Shown: piece after piece, positions 7,461 to 10,275 of the stretch | Numbering within the stretch: the first letter of the stretch is position 1 | Layout of the letters: each line of letters opens with the position of its first letter | Source: Candidatus Sumerlaeia bacterium | Lineage (GTDB): Bacteria > Sumerlaeota > Sumerlaeia > SLMS01 | DNA length: 10,275 nucleotides | Reading direction: 5' to 3' | Assembly (NCBI GenBank): GCA_038208905.1 | Contig: JBBQYG010000147.1 | Span: 1-10,275, forward strand | Position numbers and translations under genes: made by a program | Notes under the pieces: model-generated | What the model saw: the letters and a program-made list of their open reading frames with translations, nothing else | Database searches by the model: none | Told to the model about the DNA's origin: nothing

Positions 7461-8369
7461 CTACATCAGTCCGAGGCGGGTGAGTTCGTCGAGAGAGCTG
7501 TCGCGGGCGAAAAGGAAGTCTTCATTCTGCTCCACCGGATGCGCCGGCCCTAGGGCGACGCGGCGGCTCGTGCGAAAGCGCATGGAGAATGGCCGGTAGC
7601 CGTGGCTGGCAAGCAGCTCGATCAGCTCCGCTGCGGAACTCCCCGCGCGGGCCAGCATCGCCGGATTGATTTCAGCCAGGATGAAGGCCGGGGCGCCGGG
7701 GGAAGCCAGCCAGCGCGACGCGCCACGGAAGGCCAGAGTCTCGGAACCTTCGATATCGATCTTCAGCAGGCGAATCTTGCCCCATGTCGCGGAGAGGTCG
7801 TCCAAACTGGCACTGGCCACCTCGACAGTGCCCGTAGCGCTGCCATCGCGCTGGATGAACGAGTCGCTCTCCGCCTCGGCGCCGTGGAGGAGCAGTCGCT
7901 CGCCCCCCTGATCCGAGAGTGCAAAAGCATGAACCTCGATCTTGGCCAGACCCGAGTTCAGAGATGCGTTTCTCCTGAGACGCACAACGGTCGCCGGGTT
8001 CGCCTCGATCGCATGAACAACGCCCTGCGTGCCAACCAGCGCCGCCGCCTGAACCGTGAAAAAGCCGAGGTGCGACCCCGCGTCCACGAACGTGTCACCG
8101 GGCCTCAGCAGCCGCGCAAGCAACAGACGGCTCTCCTCGCCGAACCACTCGTAGGCCATCAACCGGTGTATATACGATCCCAGATTGTAGGAAATCAACC
8201 CGTCGCCGTGGGGAACGATCTGCTCTCCGGCGAATGTTCCGGGAAAAGCATGACGAAGCGCCCCATCCAATACCCTGTAACCGCGACGCCGACCGACCAG
8301 ATAGGGCATGGCACGCGCACAGCGCAGCCCCACCGTTGGACGTTGCCGCCCAGCCAAGGAAGCGCTCAT
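7461..8369 (-). CDS. FkbM-family SAM-dependent methyltransferase
   Basis: LRPGDTFVDAGSHLGFFT, VHAIEANP, AFALSD, SLDDL, IRLLKIDIEGSE..AFRGA, ILAEINP. ATGA overlap with the moaA stop. Confidence 0.88.
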   Translation of the reverse strand: MSASLAGRQRPTVGLRCARAMPYLVGRRRGYRVLDGALRHAFPGTFAGEQIVPHGDGLISYNLGSYIHRLMAYEWFGEESRLLLARLLRPGDTFVDAGSHLGFFTVQAAALVGTQGVVHAIEANPATVVRLRRNASLNSGLAKIEVHAFALSDQGGERLLLHGAEAESDSFIQRDGSATGTVEVASASLDDLSATWGKIRLLKIDIEGSETLAFRGASRWLASPGAPAFILAEINPAMLARAGSSAAELIELLASHGYRPFSMRFRTSRRVALGPAHPVEQNEDFLFARDSSLDELTRLGLM

Positions 8370-9391
8370 CCCCCGATCGCCTGCATCCCGCGCGCAAACG
8401 GATCAGTCAGCGCCTGCATCGCGTCATAGCGTTCCGCCCGCGCCAGAAACTGGTGGCGCATCGCGTCGGCCACGGCGGAGCGGTCGCGGGCGTGGATGGG
8501 GATCGAAAGGTCCTGCTCATCGGGAGAGAGCAGGCACGCCTTCAGCGCGCCGTCGCTGGTCAGGCGCAGCTTGTTGCACGTGAGGCACTTGGTGTTGGAC
8601 ATCTGGCTGATGAAGCCGATGCGCGCGGTCGTCCCGCGCACGCGATAGGTCGTGGCGGGGCCATAGCCCGTGCGGTTCCCCGCGGCGGCGCCATCGCCTT
8701 CCGGCTCCAGCATGTATCCATCCGCCGCCAGCAGTTCCATCGCGTCCCCGGCAGAGAGGAAGTGGCGGTGGAAGTAGTCCTTGTCGCCAAAGATCGGCAT
8801 CAACTCGATGAAGCGCGCCTCGATATCGTGCCCGTGGGAGAAGCGGACGAATTCGCCCAGCTCGCCATCGTTCACTCCGCGCAGCAGCACGCAGTTTACC
8901 TTCACCCGGCGAAACAGCGCGCGGGCCGCGCGGATCCCTGAGAGGCAACGCTCCAGCGATCCGCCGCGCGTCAGCTCCGCGTAGCGCCCCGCGTCGAAGC
9001 TGTCCAGCGACACGTTCACCCGCGTCAGCCCGGCGCGATGGAGTTCCCCCGCCATCGCCGCCAGCCGGATGCCGTTGGTCGTCATTGCCACGTCGGTCAG
9101 GCCCGCGTGGCGGCGGATGCCGGCGATCCACTCCGTCAGACCCGGGCGGATCGTGGGCTCGCCTCCAGTCACGCGGATTGCCTCCACGCCCAGCTCGTTC
9201 ACGCACACATCCACCAGAAAATCCAGGTCGTCCCAGCTTAGCCGATGCGGATGCGTGGTGGCGCACCCCTTTACGGGATTGCAATAGGAGCAGGAAAGAT
9301 TGCACAGGTCCGTCACCGACACGCGCACATACCTCAGCCGCCGGCCATAGCGGTCGATCACGGGGGCGGGACGTTGGAGGGCGGCAATCAT
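8366..9391 (-). CDS. moaA: GTP 3',8-cyclase MoaA (molybdenum cofactor biosynthesis, radical SAM)
   Basis: DRYGRRLRYVRVSVTDLCNLSCSYC (CX3CX2C), RVTGGEP, MTTNG, RVNVSLDS, RFIELMP, CLTCNKLRLTSDGALKAC (CX2CX13C), C-terminal MQAIGG. Start placed at ATG 9391. Confidence 0.95.
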   Translation of the reverse strand: MIAALQRPAPVIDRYGRRLRYVRVSVTDLCNLSCSYCNPVKGCATTHPHRLSWDDLDFLVDVCVNELGVEAIRVTGGEPTIRPGLTEWIAGIRRHAGLTDVAMTTNGIRLAAMAGELHRAGLTRVNVSLDSFDAGRYAELTRGGSLERCLSGIRAARALFRRVKVNCVLLRGVNDGELGEFVRFSHGHDIEARFIELMPIFGDKDYFHRHFLSAGDAMELLAADGYMLEPEGDGAAAGNRTGYGPATTYRVRGTTARIGFISQMSNTKCLTCNKLRLTSDGALKACLLSPDEQDLSIPIHARDRSAVADAMRHQFLARAERYDAMQALTDPFARGMQAIGG

Positions 9392-9512
9392 GCGAACAAG
9401 GGAAGCGAAAACGCGGCCCCTTGGCGAGCGATTTCCGCCCCCCTGGGCCCGCCAATCTCCCGATTGGCGCCGGGGCCCGCAGCCTCGATGGTTCCGCCGC
9501 AGGCTAACTCTA

Positions 9513-9653
9513 GAGCGGTTCTCGAAAATCTTGTCGCGATGGAGGACGCCGTAAAAGAGTATCGTGGGCATCTTGCCCGCGTGTGGGGGCGACGGGGCTC
9601 GGGCGAGACGCCCAAGCTACGTTGGAATACGACAGGACTTTCGAGAGTCACTC
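9513..9653. mobile_element. 141-bp non-autonomous MITE with 24-bp imperfect TIRs flanked by TA
   Basis: Left end GAGCGGTTCTCGAAAATCTTGTCG (9513-9536) vs reverse complement of the right end GAGTGACTCTCGAAAGTCCTGTCG (9630-9653): 19/24. TA at 9511-9512 and 9654-9655. The adjacent repeat copy shows the uninterrupted site. Confidence 0.82.
9559..9620. repeat. Diverged GTAG-family inverted REP doublet inside the MITE
   Basis: GTATCGTGGGCATCTTGCCCGCG (9559-9581; 18/23 to the REP at 1960) and reverse complement GTAGCTTGGGCGTCTCGCCCGAG (9598-9620; 17/23), 16-bp spacer. Confidence 0.8.
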
Positions 9654-9791
9654 TAACCCAGCCGATCAGGAGATCGGCGCCCCCCTGGGCCCGCCAATCT
9701 CCCGATTGGCGCCGGGGCCCGCAGCCTCGATGGTTCCGCCGCAGGCTAACTCTGACCCAGCCGATCAGGAGATCGGCGCTCCCAATTGGCG

Positions 9792-10275
9792 ATGCCCCTC
9801 CGCTTCCTCTACTTCGACGCCGGTTTCACGCTGCTGCACCCGTGGCCGTCGGTGGGGCATCACTATGCGGAGGTCGCGGCGGAGTGGAGCGTCTCCGCTT
9901 CGGCTCCGGCGCTGGACGCCGCGTTCCGGGGCGCATGGCGCGGTGCGCTGGCGGGGCGGGATAGTGCGCTCCCCTATGGCCGGAACCTCGCGGAGGCGCG
10001 GGTCTTCTGGGCGGGAGTCGTCACGGAGTGCTTTCGTCTCGCAGGCGCGGCGGCCCCGACGGAGCAGGCGTTCCACGATGCCGTCTTTGACCGCTTTGCG
10101 GAGGCCCGGTGCTGGCGTCTTTATCCCGATGTGAATCCCGCGCTGGCGCTTCTGGAGGAGCGGGGCATCCCCTTTGGCGTATTAAGCAACTGGGATCCTC
10201 GGCTTCGGCCCGTGCTGGATGCCCTGGGGTTGGGCCCCCGGCTGTCGGCACTGGTGATCTCCAGCGAGGCCGGGT
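9792..10275 (+). CDS. HAD-superfamily (IA, REG-2-like) hydrolase, 3'-truncated by the window end
   Basis: Not in the ORF track. Translated by hand: MPLRFLYFDAGFTLLHPWPSVGHHYAEVA..WRLYPDVNPALALLEERGIPFGVLSNWDPRLRPVLDALGL..VISSEAG. Open to the window end; HAD motif I (FDAGFTL) and motif II (LSNWD). Confidence 0.88.
   Translation, partial: MPLRFLYFDAGFTLLHPWPSVGHHYAEVAAEWSVSASAPALDAAFRGAWRGALAGRDSALPYGRNLAEARVFWAGVVTECFRLAGAAAPTEQAFHDAVFDRFAEARCWRLYPDVNPALALLEERGIPFGVLSNWDPRLRPVLDALGLGPRLSALVISSEAG

Larger units (their letters stand above)
9436..9784. repeat. 99-bp tandem duplication of a palindrome doublet (second REP-like family); copy 1 interrupted by a MITE
   Basis: 9436-9511 is identical to 9678-9753, and 9656-9680 is identical to 9755-9779. 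Each unit has TGGGCCCGCCAATCTCCCGATTGGC and an inverted relative GCCGATCAGGAGATCGGCGC. Confidence 0.92.

Noticed and set aside
9392..9791. Moco riboswitch upstream of moaA
   Set aside because: The hairpins are explained by the duplication, MITE and REPs, and I recognise no Moco motif. An Rfam scan would settle it.
9245..10134. ORFs 9245..9964, 9583..10134, 9388..9651 and the moaA extension to 9571
   Set aside because: They translate repeat DNA or overlap moaA and the HAD gene out of frame.

Overview
GC-rich bacterial chromosomal window with mostly ordinary genes. In order: an OlsB-like GNAT acyltransferase plus a PlsC/OlsA-like acyltransferase (probable aminolipid pair, +), a GT2 glycosyltransferase and a secreted beta-helix protein (-), an orphan C-terminal fragment of an MmeI-like restriction-methyltransferase (+), a stand-alone ilvB (+), moaA coupled to an FkbM methyltransferase (-), and a HAD hydrolase cut off by the window end (+). 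The unusual content is non-coding, with several distinct short-repeat families in the intergenic gaps. At 9436-9784 there is a three-level nested element: a GTAG-type REP doublet inside a 141-bp TIR/TA MITE, inside one copy of a 99-bp tandemly duplicated second palindrome family whose other copy keeps the empty site. At 1956-2235 a GTAG-REP cluster supplies the TAG stop codon of both convergent flanking genes. No transposase is present in the window. All protein calls rest on motif recognition by eye, not database searches.
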